64,000 bases of DNA from Paraspadella gotoi (GCA_051294375.1 JBJCIZ010000239.1:5367656-5431655), one strand, 5' to 3'; counted from the first letter of the stretch, positions 13,607 through 30,682 are shown. Program-made: numbers and translations. Notes: generated from the letters alone by a model not told the origin.

Positions 13607-14215
13607 AAGGAAGAAGTCTTTCAAGCGGTTACGCCAATCAAAAAATTTGCACCACGTTTGTTGTAAGGTGATCGCTTCTTGAAAACTCTTGATATCATCA
13701 GCTCGCGATTAATTAATTAAGGTAATTAAATTGCGTACACTCGACTCGCGAGGAAGAAGTGTTACCAGAGAGAGGTGAGCTGAGCAAAAAGGGTAAATAG
13801 ATAGGTAGAATGGAGGTAAATAGAGAGGAGAGAGGAAGCTAAATAGAAAAGAAAAGATAGAGAAGACTGACGGTTTGTAGAATTGGAAAAGGGAAATTAT
13901 AAACAGATCAGAAAATATGAGCGTATAAAGATCTCATTAATTTCGATTAGAAGAAGCGGATTTCAAAGTGTCGAAGAACGACGGCATTTAAAAAATGTAT
14001 TACACTATAACGCTTTGTCTTTTTGTCGCTTAGGCGCGGTTAATTCAGGGTGCGATGGTTATAAACTAAACTAATCATAAAGCTTTTTTGTGGAGGTAGC
14101 AAAGAGTTAAACTTTTTAATTTGAAAAACATAAAAGTCATAGCCTTATGTCGGGAACAAACAATAAAAGCATTGTCGGTTGACGGCAACAAAAACTGGGC
14201 ATGGCACGCCGCTTG
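12110..14215 (-). repeat. Inverted (fold-back) noisy copy of about 9635-11435
   Basis: caagtttgtggccgatggaatcgtgaga (12122) is a near reverse complement of tctcacgattccatcggcaacaaacttg (11406); gcggttacgccaatcaaaaa (13625) is the reverse complement of 10159-10179. Confidence 0.93.
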
Positions 14216-14639
14216 GTGCGGCGCAGAGGATGAGAGACGGACATCTCCGAGAGTAAGACGCAGAGACGACAAGTATCACTACTATCCTACTGACCGCAAG
14301 ACCCATGTTATCGAGTCAATCCAACCAACACGGATCCATACAGCGTGCGACGTATGTCCTGACGCCCCATGCGTCGCACTCAGACTGATCACCTGATACT
14401 AGACCTCAGTTTAACTAGGTTGATCTTCTACACGCCCACGAAGGTAGCATCTAGCAGTTGTGACCAGTTACAAAGACCTCAGCCAGAGTCAAATACCCAG
14501 AGAAGGCGCACACGTCCCAACCCACCCCTGGAGTACCACCATCTAACACAGCCATCGATCATAGAAAGTAAGCCGACTAGGAATCCCAGACAAAGAACAT
14601 ACCACATAAGGGTACAATAAGAACTCAGAGCCCAACTTT

Positions 14640-16215
14640 AAGTATTGGATTTTATCAGCAAAAAGATTTCTTACAATCGAAATTATGAAAAGCGAAAGAA
14701 AGATAAGAAAAAAAAAGGAAAAAACAACAAACAAAAAGAAAAAAAGGTCCAGAAAAAAAAGAGGAACAAAACGAAGAACAGAAGAACCAAGCAAGAAAAG
14801 AAAGAAGAAAGAATGATAAAGCACAAAGACAAAGAAAACGAATAGAACATGTAATGAAAATAACGGAAAAGCAATTATTAACAATGTTTTATTAGCGTGA
14901 AAGTATACTAATTTTATTATTAATTTTTCTTTCCCTCTTTTTGTTTTTCGCACTCTCCGACTTGGAATTTTTAAAAGGATACAGTCATATTTTTAAATTA
15001 TTTATATTTTCATCATTCATGGAATGACACACTCTCAACTCCACCACGAGGTGCACCACCTAGCTTAACATTCTGATTTCCAGTTATGTCTTTATAGGGA
15101 TCAAGATTCTTATCTGTTGAAGACGAAACACCGCTCTTTTAAAGATTTTTATAATGATGTAGAATAGGTTTGAGCGCGAAGTTGACTGTTAGCAAATACT
15201 ACGATTTTGATTTGTAGATAAGTATTCACAAAGTTTCAGGAGAGACAAATATAGACGGATACGGACAAAAAGACGCGGAAAGAACTTACCAAAAGGACAA
15301 AAATCTTTTTTTGTTTTGCAATCTTCACAAATTTGCGAAGTAAGTAATAGGTTTTAATGTTTGTAGTATTTGGACTTCGGGGTTTCGTGCGTTAAGCGAT
15401 ATAGTCATCAGGCATTTGTCATGGTTTATTTCTGGTATTAGTCTTTTTTTTAGCTGGCGTTCACATGGTATTCGCATCTGAAATCTACGATTAAAGTCTG
15501 GCGTATGAGTATCTCAGAGTTTAATGCATGCTGGTTTCGTAAATAGAAACCGTCTTGAACCACCTCCGTGAGTGACATAACTAATAATTACCTAGCAAGC
15601 GACAATAATTTTTTAATAAACGCCCTTAACTATCCGCGACTGCAGGGCTTCCTGAAGCAGTGAGTTCGTGATCCACTGTTGTTTCTGAGGTTCTCAATAT
15701 AGCGTAACTGTTCAGAGAAACGGCGGCTTCGATACCCGACCGACTATCAAAGAATAATAGATGAATTTTAGAAGAAATAAAGGGGACGAAGAACTATGAG
15801 TACAAGGATACCCAACTTTGCGTTCAAACTCTTTTAACTTGTTTCATAATTTTCTCGATTTATACGATCGAGACTGAACTCGTAGATGATTTTTGACGAG
15901 ACGTCCGACTGTCCGACCAGCTCTCTTTTCGTTGCAACATTCGGTTTTGACCTTTTCCTCTCGACCGATACGAGCTAAATCTCTCCTGTTCGAACTTTCT
16001 TCGAAACTGAGGAAATTTAGGATGCAGTGAAATATTTGTACCCATGACGGGGCGAACCGGGCGATGTATTATATATTTTGGCGCTTGTATCTCACTTTTA
16101 AGACGTGTCAAAAATGCAAAGCCCGATAATTCGCAGCCGACCTTCTCGATATGATTTTACAACCAACGAAAACGCATCTGTCTCTTGATAATCCAACGGC
16201 ATTAGTCCTCTTCTC
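14640..16215 (+). repeat. Insertion-rich copy of about 36930-38330
   Basis: Shared anchors ctctccgacttggaattt, acattctgatttccagttatgtctttatagg and gtccgactgtccgaccagc. Confidence 0.9.
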
Positions 16216-16366
16216 TCTCTCTCTCTCGCTCTCTCTCTCTTCTTTCTCTCATCTCTTCTCTCCTCTCTTCTCGTCTCTCTCTCTCTCCTCTCTCTCTTCT
16301 CTCTCGGGTCTAGATCTGGCTCGAGTCTTCATCTCTCTCTCGATGCTCTCTCTTTTCTCTCAACTG

Positions 16367-16391
16367 NNNNNNNNNNNNNNNNNNNNNNNNN
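16367..16391. other. 25-N gap marker
   Basis: Exactly 25 N here and at 30690-30714, 33022-33046, 41783-41807, 44107-44131 and 63549-63573. Confidence 0.97.
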
Positions 16392-17022
16392 GCATAACTC
16401 GATGATTCGGAGTCTTTTGTTGTTCACTATACCCTCCTCTCTCTCTCTCTCTCTCTCTCTCGCTCTCTTCTCTCTCTTCTCTCTCTCTCTCTCTTCTCTT
16501 CTCTTCTCTCTCTTCTCTCTCTCTCTCTTCTCTCTCTCTCTCTGTCAATAAATTCTCCTTCCGCTGGCTTCATCTTAGTTCTTTTAATTTTTTCCCTTTA
16601 TTCATTTCTCTCATATCCCTTTCCCCGTTTTTTTTACGAGATATTTTATGACGCATTTATGTCCATTTTTTTTCTCGACCACAATTTTTATCATTTCTTT
16701 CCACTTTTCAAATATAAAAGTTAGTTTTTCTTTCTTATCCATTTTAATAAAATTTCAATTCGTTATTATTTGTTTGGGGGGATTTTTGTTTAATATGATT
16801 TGTCGCTTTTTCTTTTTTTTTCTTCAATTTTTCATCCTTTTTTCTTCCTTTTTTTTTTTCTTTCTTTCTTTCTTTTCTTCTTTCTTCTTTCTTTCTTTCT
16901 TTTTTCTTTTCTTTCTTTCTTTCTTTCTTTCTCTTCTTTCTTCTTCCTTTCTTTCTTCTTTCCCCACTCTTCTTTACCTTCTTTTTTATCATTTTTTTCC
17001 ACTTCCTATTTATCTTCGTCTT

Positions 17023-17099
<77 letters not shown>

Positions 17100-17926
17100 C
17101 ATCTCCCCTTTTTTTATTCACTCTCATCCGTTTTCCTTATTACCGTCGTTAGCTTCCTGAATTTTTTTTCCCAAAGCCCCCCCTCCCTTTCGCCTCTTCC
17201 TGTTAACTTTCAAAGCCGATCAATTTTTTTTTTTTGTCACTCTTCCTTTATTTTTATTTAATCGTTATACTTTATTTTTATTTATATATTTGTTTTTATT
17301 TGTCTAATTTTCTTTCCTTATATAGTTTTTTAGTTCGTATTTTCTTGTTTCTCTTCCTCTCTTCTTTTCTCTCCAACTTTCCTTCCTATCTTCTAAATCT
17401 CTTCTTACTTTTCCCTCCTTCCTTCCTTCCCTCCTTCTTTCCTTCTTTCCTTCCTTCTCTTCTTCCTATTTCTTTCATTCTACTCTCCTTTTTCTTTTTC
17501 TTTTCCTTCCCTCCTTGTCCTCCTTTCTTTCTCTCCTTCCTTCTCTCCCTTCCCTTTTTGTCTTATTCTTCGTAATTGATTTCGGTTTTTAAGTATCTCG
17601 TGAAAGGTCGACGACGACGATCGACGACGACGACGACGACGACGAGATCGACGAAAGAAAAAGAAAAATGCGAACGACCCTGCGTCGACGCTTTGACAAT
17701 CATAGGAAATTAGGAATTGACATAGACGGAATGGTCGACGAAATCTGCGGATATTAAAGCCAATTTAATCTTGTATATAATATAAATTTAATAATAAAAA
17801 TATGTATATATATAAAAGAATACTATCAACAACAATAACTACAACAACCAACAACAACAACAACGAAGAGTCTGACAATTACAAATGCACAAGAAGAGAG
17901 AGAGCAGAGAAGTGAGAGAGAGAGAG

Positions 17927-17966
<40 letters not shown>

Positions 17967-18435
17967 GAGAGAGACTACATTATCATTACGGACGACGACG
18001 ACAACGACGACAACGAAGACAAGAAAAGAAAATATGATAATTAATGTTTCTTTATCACAATGTTATTCTATAAACTCTTGAGGGCAACAGATAAGCAAAT
18101 TCACGATCGCATCGACTGAGATTTCGTTCTTCTATTATCTTTTGAAGGCGACTCTCTTTTGGGCTTATTTTTCTTTCCGCCTTCTTATTCGTTTGCCCTT
18201 CTTCTTTTTTGGCCCTTCTTCTCTAGTGGCTCTTCTTTTTAGGCCTTCTTCTTTTCCAAGTCTCTCCATTTTCTTTCCTTCATTTTCCATTTTTCTCTTC
18301 TTTCCATATCAACTTCATTTTCTGGTAATCTTTTCATTTTCTTTCACATCTCTCCCTCCCTCCCTCTCATATCTTTCTCTCTCCCTCCTCTCCCTCTCTT
18401 ATCCCTCTCCCTCCTTCCCTCTACTCTCTCTCTCT

Positions 18436-18484
<49 letters not shown>

Positions 18485-18664
18485 CCTCTCCTCTCTCTCT
18501 CTTCTCTCTCTCTCTCTCCCTCTCTTCTCTTCTCCCTCCAATCAGCTCCTAAAAGTTTTGATGATCCAACATTCAGTCATGAACGAGTTAATGAGAAAAA
18601 TGTGTCTCGCCGCCACAAGGAAAAAACTGTCTCCTATTTCCTCTTGTCGTAGCTGTGGTGCGGT

Positions 18665-18875
18665 GGTTCGTCTTTTGTGACATTGTCCTTGTCGTTTTTG
18701 AGACATTGTCCTTGTCTTCTTCATTTTCATTTTCGTCATCGTCGTTTTTGTGACATTGTCCTTTTTCATTAACATCCTTCGTTCATCGCTCGTTATTTTA
18801 CTTTTGCACACTTACATTGTCTACTTTCACCCTGTCGTCTTTTGTGACATTGCCCTTGTCATTTTCGTCGTCATC
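18665..18875. repeat. Degenerate repeat with core ttttgtgacattgtcctt
   Basis: Four gtgacattg/gagacattg cores; duplicate at ~30845-31070. Confidence 0.75.
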
Positions 18876-19060
18876 ATCGCATCATCTTTCCTGGCTCTCT
18901 GTCGGTGCGTCGTTCGTGCGCGTTCTATCGCTTTATCGGCATATCGCGGCCGCCTTTGGAATCGCGTGCGTTGATTGCTGGTATGATACGCTCCATTTTC
19001 CTGGAAAAATACTATTTTGCCTCGTCGTCGTCTCTCTCTCTCTCTCTCGTCTCTCTCTTC

Positions 19061-19104
<44 letters not shown>

Positions 19105-19390
19105 GTCGTGCGCCTCTTCTCTGTTTCCATGAACCGCAACGCGCTCGAACTCCCCGCTCTGCCAACCGCCAGCCTACTCTCTAAAAAAACATTAATAAAG
19201 ACAATATAAACGAGCGCCCGGTGCCGCCCCCCTCGTCCGCCCTTAAAATAAGATCAAACGACTGGGTCGTCTGCTGGCGTGCTGGCGTCTCGCGTCTTCT
19301 CTCTTTCTCTCCTGCTCGTCCATACGATCACGTCTCCGCGTCGCGAGTCAGTCGCCCCGGGAAAATCAGAGGAAGAAAGAGATGAAAAAA

Positions 19391-19462
19391 GGGCGCTATT
19401 TTCCGGAAGCGCCCTATTTCTGTCCGTAATCCGTAACTTAATTGTTGTAACCCAAAATATGT
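19391..19462 (+). mobile_element. MITE family B left end, truncated duplicate of the 33278 copy
   Basis: gggcgctattttccggaagcgccctatttctg...aacccaaa with the same left flank as 33278; ends at a duplication junction. Confidence 0.65.
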
Positions 19463-19484
19463 TGAATCCGGTCTCTCTTGGGCT

Positions 19485-21170
<1,686 letters not shown>

Positions 21171-24100
21171 ACTCTCTTGTATTACTTACCTGTCTCCCTC
21201 TCTCTCTTCCCCTTTCTCTCTCAATACAGTCTTCCATTTCTGGTCCATCATTCATCTCTTTTTTTCTCCTTTCCTCCTTATTATTCCCTCTTTAATTTTT
21301 CCCTTTTACTTCCTCTCTTTTTTTTCCCCCTTTTCTCCTTTCCTTTCCCTTTTATATTATCCTTCCTCCATTCCTTCCTCCTTTCCTTTCCTTTTTCCTT
21401 TTCCTCCTTCCTCCCCTTTCCATTAACTTTCTCCTTTCCTCTCTCTTCCTTTTCCTTTAATGTTCTTCCCCTTTCCATTTATCCTTCCCTTTCCCATCTC
21501 TACCAGACCCAATTGACCATCTATCCTTTTTTCTCTCCTTATTTTCCCCAAAATCCAACGTCGCAATGTAGCCTCCAAAAGAGAAAGAAAAAAAAAAGAA
21601 AAAAGGAATCTCCATCAAAAACTGAAGGACCGAGAATTCCACGCTGTTGGTCGTTAACCGTCGTTTGTTTTAAAATCTCGTTAAGCAATATTGATTCTAC
21701 CAAAATTCATTACGATTATCACTTCGAAAAGTTTTTTTTAAATGTTATTTTAAGAATATGTATAAAAAACCAACAGAACAGACGGACCCAACTTAGATTC
21801 TCAAACTCCCCTCACTTACCCTCTGAACTTACCTTGGCCGGGTTAAACCCTGTGTCTCTGCTCTTTCACCGGGTTAAATCACCCCGGCGGAATCAACAAG
21901 GTTTCACGGCTCTCACCTCACACGGGCTGCTTCCTTTTAAGGGCTTTGAGCTAGACCAGGGAGAGAGAGAAAGACAGAGAGCGGAGAGAGACAGAGGAGA
22001 GAGAGAGAGAAAGAGAGAGGAGAGATAAGAGAAGAGAGGGAGAGGAACGACGTAGAGGACGCGAGGAGATGAAGGAGATGGGCAAGGACGAGCGTAATAA
22101 AAGTGTTAACGGCATCGTGTGGGGGGAGAGTAAAGAAGGGGGGGGAGTAAGAGAAGCAAGCAATAAACGCTCGAGAGATAGAAAAAAAGCAAGCGATCCA
22201 TATGGAGAGAGAAGAAGGATTGCAAAGCAGAAATAAAGATATTATGGCAACTAGTGATCGTTCGAATGGGAGGATTCTGATAAAAAATAGCAAAGCAGAG
22301 AAAAGGCGAGATGGGGTTTCTAGGGGAGAGAAGATGAAGCAAGGGAAGCCGCGTTGGAAATGAAGAGAGATAAGTAGTAAGCAAGGTATTCGAGAAGTAA
22401 GGACGGCAGAAAGCAAGTAAGCAGCAGAGGCATGAAGAAAGCTAAAAAAAAAAGTATTCAAGCAGTGCAGAGTATAAAAGATTAAGGGCGAACCAAAGGG
22501 GAGAAATCGTGAATTGGAAAGCATAAGCGGACTGAGGAAGAGAGGAAGACAAAGGAGAATACTGAGACGGGATTTGGAGAGATGAGAGAGAGCAAGCAAA
22601 TCAAAGGAAACAAAGAAAAAAAAAAAAAAAGAAAAGGCAAACAAGCATTCAGAAGACTTCTTTCAAAGTTTTTTTCCAACGAGATTATTTTTCGCCGTTG
22701 GGAATTTTTGATTTTTCTCTTTCTTTCGAGATTTTTCTCCGATTTTTTTCGGTTTTTTCATTCGAGCTTTCTTACTGCCCGTTCAGTTGCTCTTTGGTTC
22801 GTTGTTGTTGTTGTTGCTGTTGATGGTAAGAGTTTCAGTAATTCATTGTTGATGAATTTGGTACAACCAATATAAATATATATCCATTCATTTAATACAA
22901 TAAGCTATCTTGCCCCTGACCTTTGGACTAGGCGTTGGTGGTTTTAAGGCCTCCATCACTCTTACAAGATATTGACAAAGCGGTCCAGGGGCATAGCTTT
23001 CAATCCAGAACTTCTCTCATAATCTCGTTATTTTACTCACCAGTGTACCTGGCTTCCCTATCAATGAAGTAGCATAATATTTCAAATAATGGATGGTGCT
23101 AGTAAACTGAGTAATTACATAGATGTTGACTCGAAATAGTTTAAGGTTCAGTGGCAGTTTTTTTTTTATAAAACTAAGTATGTATTTCTCGGTCAAAAAA
23201 ATAGCCATCTTAAGATGACCATCTTTCACTCTTGGCCGCGCTCTCTGAAGAGACATTAATATGTTAGCCGTTTGTGAGCTATATTCTAACCCGGTTGGTG
23301 CATTGAGTGTAGTTAATATCCCAGCTTAAGGGATGTTTAGCCTACTGGAGATCGATCCTGCATTAAGTCAGTTTCCAAAAAAGTACGGAAAGCAATCTAC
23401 ACCTTAAGCCCCCATCCACAAAAAAACCGCTTTCTTTTATTTAATATATATTATAACAAATGTAGTTCTGTATATTTTTTAACATTTTCCGTCAGTCGGC
23501 TTTTCTTGACGAGGCTTTATCAAACTTGAAAAGGATTTTTAAGTCGAATTTTTCTTTATTTTTTTTTGTTTAGAAAAAAAAGCTTTTTTTTCAAAAATTT
23601 ATATGCAAATTTTTTTTGTGGTGACATTGAAACGGTTTTTGCTTATCACTTTTTCGTCAATTTTTTTTTCTTTTTTTTTACAAAAAACTGCATTAATTCA
23701 TTTTCGTTCTTTCTTTTATATAAATGTTTTTTTAATTTCTTTTTATGCTTCAATTTTTTTTCTCTAATCTTTCAATTTCTACTATCTTTAATTTTTTTTT
23801 CCTTTTTATTTTTGTTAAAAAAAATTCTTTTTTTTTTTACTTTTTTTCGTTATTAGTATATTTTGCTTCGCCGTTTATTTTTTCGCAGAAAAATGTTTGT
23901 TTATTTATATTTTTTCTTGAATTTGCTTTTAAAAATTTTGTTATAGTACTTGTAAGGTGCTATCTAAATATTCTAGTTTAATAGGTACGTTGAGGAAAAA
24001 ACTAACTACCAATTTTTCTTCTCGTGGATTTAGCTTTTTATATATCAGATAGAACTTGAATTTTATTCCAAACGTCTTGAAACTCAAAATTTTTGCAAAG

Positions 24101-25918
24101 TAGTTTAATCACAAAATCAAAAAAAAACGATTTAGGATAATCAACAGTACTATAGGATTACACACCAACTATATTAAACAAAAACCTTTTTACCTTGACG
24201 AATGTGAGAGAGAGAGAGAGAGAGACGAGAATGAGAGAGAGAGATGAGAGAAGAGAGAGAGAGAGACTGAGAGAGAGAGAGGACGAGAGAGAGAGAGATT
24301 CATTTTCTTTTTTCGCGGGTTTCGCGAAAAGAAAAAGAAACGAGGAAAATATTTTAGGATTTTTTTTATGGACTAAGAAAAAAAATGTTTTTTTATTAAT
24401 GACATTCGATTTTTGACGATTCTGCACAGTCTGGTTGAAGACCGACGAACGACCGATGAAGACGACCGACGACGACGACCGACGACGAGAACGACGGATT
24501 GCCATTCTAACCACGTGTCAAGCGAAAAGGCAAAAATAAATGAAAAAAATTAAATGAGCAAAACATTAAACAAAAACAACAAGAGGAAAGAGAAAGAGAA
24601 AGAGAAAGAGAAAGACCGGAAACCTCATTGCACTATTTAACATATTTCATATCTATGTATCTATATAGCAATTTTTCCAAATTCAGCTTCCTTGATATTT
24701 TGACTTCCAGAGTACCAATATTAGTAATTCGCCATCAATTTATAAAATTGAAACATTCTTGAACCATGATAACCAATTAGTTGATAAGGGAAAGCCATGG
24801 AACTCAGGGTGAGCGGATAACGGGAAACGGAGTCTTGCCTCGAAAGCTTGCTATGTCAATATCACTAAGATGGGATGGAGGCCTTTAAACCACCAAAGCC
24901 TCTGCAAAGCTAACGGCAAATAGATAATTTCATTAAACGGAAAGAATTTAATGCCTCCTTCAGATTTTTTTTTTCGTCCCAACGTTTTTTTGTTTGTTTT
25001 CTTTGTTTTTTTTGTTTCGTTTTTATTCCAAAAATCAAAAGGAAGTAAACTTGGAAAGGGCAAAAGCGGAGTCCCGCTGCCAGAAACGCGGACATTTGAG
25101 GCACCCGTACATGAAGGACGAATCGAAAGACGACGAAGACGTAAGAATGAAGGACTAAGAGGATGGACGATGATGATGACGACGGAGAGTGAAATGGGAT
25201 CTGAGAGAAATAGAAAAAAAATAAATACCGTTAAATCTGGGGTTGCTTAATAAAATACGTATGAGAGGAGAGAGTAGAGAGAGAGAGAGATGAGAGAGCA
25301 AATGAGAGAAGGGGGGGGGTGAGAGAGAGAGAGAGAATAGAGAGAGAGAGAAGAACGCGACGCACTTTTATTACTTTTCTAGTTCCATCTTGACGTTAAA
25401 TTTTCAGTTTTCTTTGGGGTCGAAAAATTTCTCTTTAAAACTTGAAAAGTAGCATTTTTCGAAAGCGCGTCAGAACCCGATGCTTTTTGGTTTTCCAAAG
25501 TATGTCGAAAATGTTTAATACTGTCTCAAAATATTGAAAAAAAAGTTTTAATTTGTTTTTTTATTTAAGCTTTTTTATAAAAGTATGTTTATCTTACTTA
25601 AAAACTAATAATTCTCCTATAAACGGAACTAAAAAAATATTCTTTTTTTGCTTTTTGCATATACGTTTGAACTTTTATAAACTATTCATAAAGCTAAAAA
25701 AAAAAATTGGGGTTTTTTGTTTCTTTTTCTTAGAAATTTCTAATTGCGCCCTCTTATCGTCGACCTCGCTGTCTCTGATCCCCCGAAAAAAAATAAACAG
25801 ATGAAACAAAACAAAAAATTATTCATATTTTTTTCCCCCGACCCCTTTTTCGTTATAATCCTAACTGATTACTATTTATTTTTTTTCCCGCCACTATTTT
25901 CAACTTACTCTGTCTCTC

Positions 25919-25953
<35 letters not shown>

Positions 25954-26704
25954 TCTCTCCCTTGCTTTCTCTCTCTCTCTCTCCTCTCTTCTCTCTGTGT
26001 CTCTCTCTCTCTCGTCCCACCAACCGTGGCCTTGCCAATTTTTCCCGTCAACCGACAATGCTTATTTTGTTTGTTCCCACATAAGGCTATACTTTTTGTT
26101 TTTTCAAATTAAAAGTTAACTCTTTGCTACCTCCACAAAAAAGCTTATGATTTAGTTTAGTTTATAACCATCGCACCCTGAATTAAACTCCCCCCCCGCC
26201 CAAGCTACAAAAAGACAAAGCGTTTATAGTGTAATTACATTTTTTAACATGCCGTTCGTTCGTCGCACTTTGAAATTCTGCATTCTTCTCTAATCGAAAT
26301 TTAATGAGACTTATACGCCATATTTTCTGATCTGTTTATAATTCCGCTTTCTCCATTCTACAAACCGTCAGTCTTTCTATCTTTTTTTCTATTTAGCTTC
26401 CTCTCTCCTCTCTATTTACCTCCAATCTACCTATCTTAATTTACCCTTTTTGCTCAGCTCACCTCTCTTCTGGTAAACACTTCTTCTCCGGAGTCCGAGT
26501 GTACGCTAATTTAATTACCTTAATTAATTAATCGCGACTGATATTCAAGGTTTTCAAGGAAGCGATCACCTTACACGCAAACTGGTGCAAATTTTTTGAT
26601 TGGGTAACCGCTTGAAAGACTTTCCTTCTCTCTCTCCTCTCTCTTTCTTCTCCTTTCTCTCTCTCTCCTCTCTCTCTCTCCTCTCTCTCTACCTCTCTCT
26701 CTCT

Positions 26705-26744
<40 letters not shown>

Positions 26745-29198
26745 CTCCCCTCAATTTCTCTCCTCTCTCCCTCCCTCTCTACTTTTTCCCCCCCACCCTT
26801 TCCTTCGTTATGAATTCCGCGTTATCTTTTTTGCTTCTTTTCTCGATTATTTAAGATGTTGGGGTTTTCGCCTTTCCCGTCCACCTTCTCACTCCCCCTC
26901 TCGACCCTCTTCCTTTCCTCCCCTCCATCCTATTCTCCCTACTCATCCTTCCTAAAACCTATCTTTCTATCGTATCCTTCCTATCCTAACCTATCCTCTT
27001 ATCCTCCCCATTCCCATCCATTTTAGGCTCTTTCCTCCATATCCTACCCTATCCTTTACCGTCCAATCACCTATCCTATCCTATTCTCCTTATCCTCCCT
27101 ACTCCCTATCTATTTCCCCCTCTACCCTCCCTATCCTTACCCTATCCTCCTAACCGTCTTATCCTACTTATCCTCCTACCCTCCTATTCCTCTTAATCTC
27201 ACCTTAAAATCTCATTCTTTAATCTCACCATAATCTCATCCTTTCCTCTAATCTCTCCCTTAATCTTCATCTTAATCTCACCTTTTATATATCATCATAT
27301 CCCCTAACCTCCCCTTAATATCATCTTAAATCTCACCTTAATCTCATCCTATTCCTCCTAATCTCCTTTAAATCTCCTTTTTCATTCTGTCTCCCTTTAT
27401 TGTCTTCATTATCTTTCATTGTTTCAAGCTTTTTCGTTTCGTTTTTTTACCTTTTCCTTTTAAACTTTTTTTCCCTGCATTTTTTTGGTCATTATTTATT
27501 AATGATTTGTTATTTTTTTGCATTCTCACTTTTCTTCTCCAAGTTTTAAATAAGATAAAACGGAAAGAGAATTAACACAGTAAAATTTCCCCAGCTTTAC
27601 TTATTGTACGTCCAAAAAAAGTAACCAAGGTTTAAAAATTTCGATTTTCTGGTTTTTGTAAACTAATGTTTCTATATATATTTTTTTATTATTTAATCAA
27701 CTTTGTCTATCTCTCATAAAAAGAAAGTTTTCTACTACTTAATTATCTCCGAAGATGATTATCTTTCTGTCCTTGCCGTGCTCCCAACAAACGATAAGAA
27801 AGAGGATCAAAAACAACAACAATAACATCGAACAAGCAGAAAAAACAACAACGATCAACATTCAGAATTTTTCACAACGTCGGCCTTTCTTCGAACTCAC
27901 GATTCCATCAGGCAACAAACTGATCAGTTTCTTATTCTTTTACCTAGTTTTTATTTCGTTTTTATTTTCGTTGTTCATTATTAACGAAAATTGGCTTCCA
28001 AAGAATTATAAAATTTATCCTTTTTATTCCACAAAAAAGCTTATCCTGCCCCCTGACTTTGCCACCAATGCACAGTAGTAGGATGATACACGTAGCAGGT
28101 CCCTGCAGCTGTCAATCAAGACTCCGAAGTACTGGTGCATGATTCTTTCCCTTCCCTTAAATTCATTCATTATTGAAATCATTTCCTCTTTCTTCATCTT
28201 TCTTCCTCTTCTCCTGCCTCTTTACTTCATTTTCGTCGTTCATGCCACCCTTTCGCTTAATTTGTCGAATCCACTCCGTTCGCTCACCCCTCATTAATTC
28301 TTCCGCCTTTTTTTAATTTTCTCTCCTTTTTATTTTTTCTTTTCTTTTTTTACTCCCTCTCCATTTTTTTGCCTGTTCTGTTTCTCTTCTTTTCCTTTTC
28401 TCCGGTGCCCCAAACCTATCTTTTTTTACACCTTTTCTATTTTTCACCTGTTTCTTTTTTTTTCTTCCCCGCCCGTTATGTCGACGCTAATGTCTTTATT
28501 CGCGGTTTCCTCACCTCCCAGGACTAACTACTTTTTTTTTCTTTCTTTTTTCTTTTTTTTTTTTGCATAACTCGATGATCGAGTCTTTTGTTTCACATCC
28601 CTCTCTCTCTCTCTCTCTCTCTCTGCTCTCTTCTCTCTCTTCTTCTCTCTCTCTCTTCTTCTCTTCTCTCTCTCCTCTCTCTCTTCTCTCTTTCTCTCTC
28701 TCTGTCAAATAATCTCCTTCCGCTCCTTGGTCATCTTATTCTTTTTTAATTTTTCCCTTTATTCATTTCTCTCATATCCCTTTCCCCGTTTTTTTTACGA
28801 GATATTTTATGACGCATTTATGTCATTTTTTTCTCGACCACCAATTTTATCATTCTTTCCACTTTTTCAAATATAAAGTTAGTTTTTCTTTCTTATCCAT
28901 TTTTAATAAATTTCAATTCCGTTATTTTTGTTTGGGGGCGATTTTTGTTTAATATGATTGTCGCTTTTCTTTTTTTTCTTCAATTTATTCATCCTTTTTT
29001 TCTTTTTTTTCTTTCCCTTTCTTTTCTTTCTTCTTTCTTCCTTTCTTTTCTTTCTTTCTTTCTCTTTCTTCTTTCTTTCTTTCTTTCTCTTCTTTCTCTT
29101 CTTCCTTTCTTTCTTCTTTCCCCACTCTTCTTTACCTTCTTTTTTATCATTTTTTTCCACTTCTATTTATCTCGTCCTCCTCCTCTCTTCTCTCTTCT

Positions 29199-29249
<51 letters not shown>

Positions 29250-30063
29250 CTCTCCTCCTCTCCCCTTTTTTATTCACTCTCATCCGTTTTCCTTTATTAC
29301 CGTCGTTACGCTTCCTGAATTTTTTTTCCCAAAGCCCCCCCTCCTTTCGCCTCTTCCTGTAACTTTCAAGCCGATCACATCTTTTTTTTTTTTGTCACTC
29401 TCCTTTATTTCTTATTTAATCGTTATACTTTATTTTTATTATATATTTGTTTTATTATTGTCTAATTTTCTTTCCTTTATTAGTTTTTTAGTTCGTATTT
29501 TCTTGTTTCTCTTCCCTCTCTTTCTTTCTCTCCAACTTTCCTTCTATCTTCTATAATCTCTTTCTTACTTTTCCCTCCTTCCTTCCTTCCCTCCTTCTTT
29601 CCTTCTTTCCTTCCTTCTCTTTCTTCCTATTCTTTCATTCTATCTCCTTTTTCTTTTTCTTTTCCTTCCCTCCTTGCCTCCTTTCTTCTCTCCTTCTTCT
29701 CTCCCTCCCTTTTTTCTTTTCTTCTAGTATTTCGGTTCTTTAAGTTATCGCGTGAATAGTCGACGACGCACGATCGACGACGACGACGACGACGACGGAT
29801 CGACACAAGAAATAAGAAAAAGCGAACGACGCGTCGACGCTTTGACAATCATAGGAATTAGGAATTGACATAGACGGAATTGGTCGACGAAATCTGCGAA
29901 TATTAAGCCAATTTTAATCTTGCGTATAGTAATATAAATTTAATAATAAAAATATGATATATATATAAGAATACTATCAACAACAATAACTACAAACAAC
30001 CAACAACAACAACAACGAAAGTCTGGACATATTACAAATGCACAAAGAAGAAGAGAGAAGGTG

Positions 30064-30099
<36 letters not shown>

Positions 30100-30579
30100 A
30101 GATGAGAGCAGAGAGAGAGAGAGACTACATTATCATTTACGGACGACGACGACAACGGACCGACAACGAAGACAAGGAAAAGAAAATATGATAATTAAGT
30201 TTCTTTAATCACAATTGTTATTCTTAAAACTCTTGAGGGCCAACAGATAAGAAATTCCGATCGCATCGACTTGAGATTTTCGTTCTTCTTATTCTTTTGA
30301 AGGCGACTTTCTTTTGGGCTATTTTTCTTTTCCGCCTTCTTATTCGTTTTGCCCTTCTTCTTTATTTGGCCTTCTTCTCTAGTGGCCTTCTTCTTAGGCC
30401 TTCTTCTCCAAGTCTCTCCATTTTCTTTCCTTCATTTTCCATTTTTCTCTTCATTCTCCATAATTTATCACTTCATTTTCTGGTAATCTTTTCATTTTTC
30501 TTTCACATCTCTCCCTCCCTCCCTCTCTATCTTTCTCTCTCCCTCCTCTCCCTCTCTTATCCCTCTCCCTCCCTTCCCT

Positions 30580-30682
<103 letters not shown>

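Larger units (their letters stand above)
16392..19470 (+). repeat. Segmental duplicate, copy 1 part b (matches about 28565-31200 plus 32790-33345)
   Basis: gcataactcgatgat at 16392 and 28565; cccgctctgccaaccgccagccta at ~19152 and 33047. Confidence 0.93.

Noticed and set aside
14215-14640. Unique-looking ORFs 14121-14396 and 14369-14620
   Set aside because: They sit at the scrambled junction between two artefactual copies and have no recognisable protein features.
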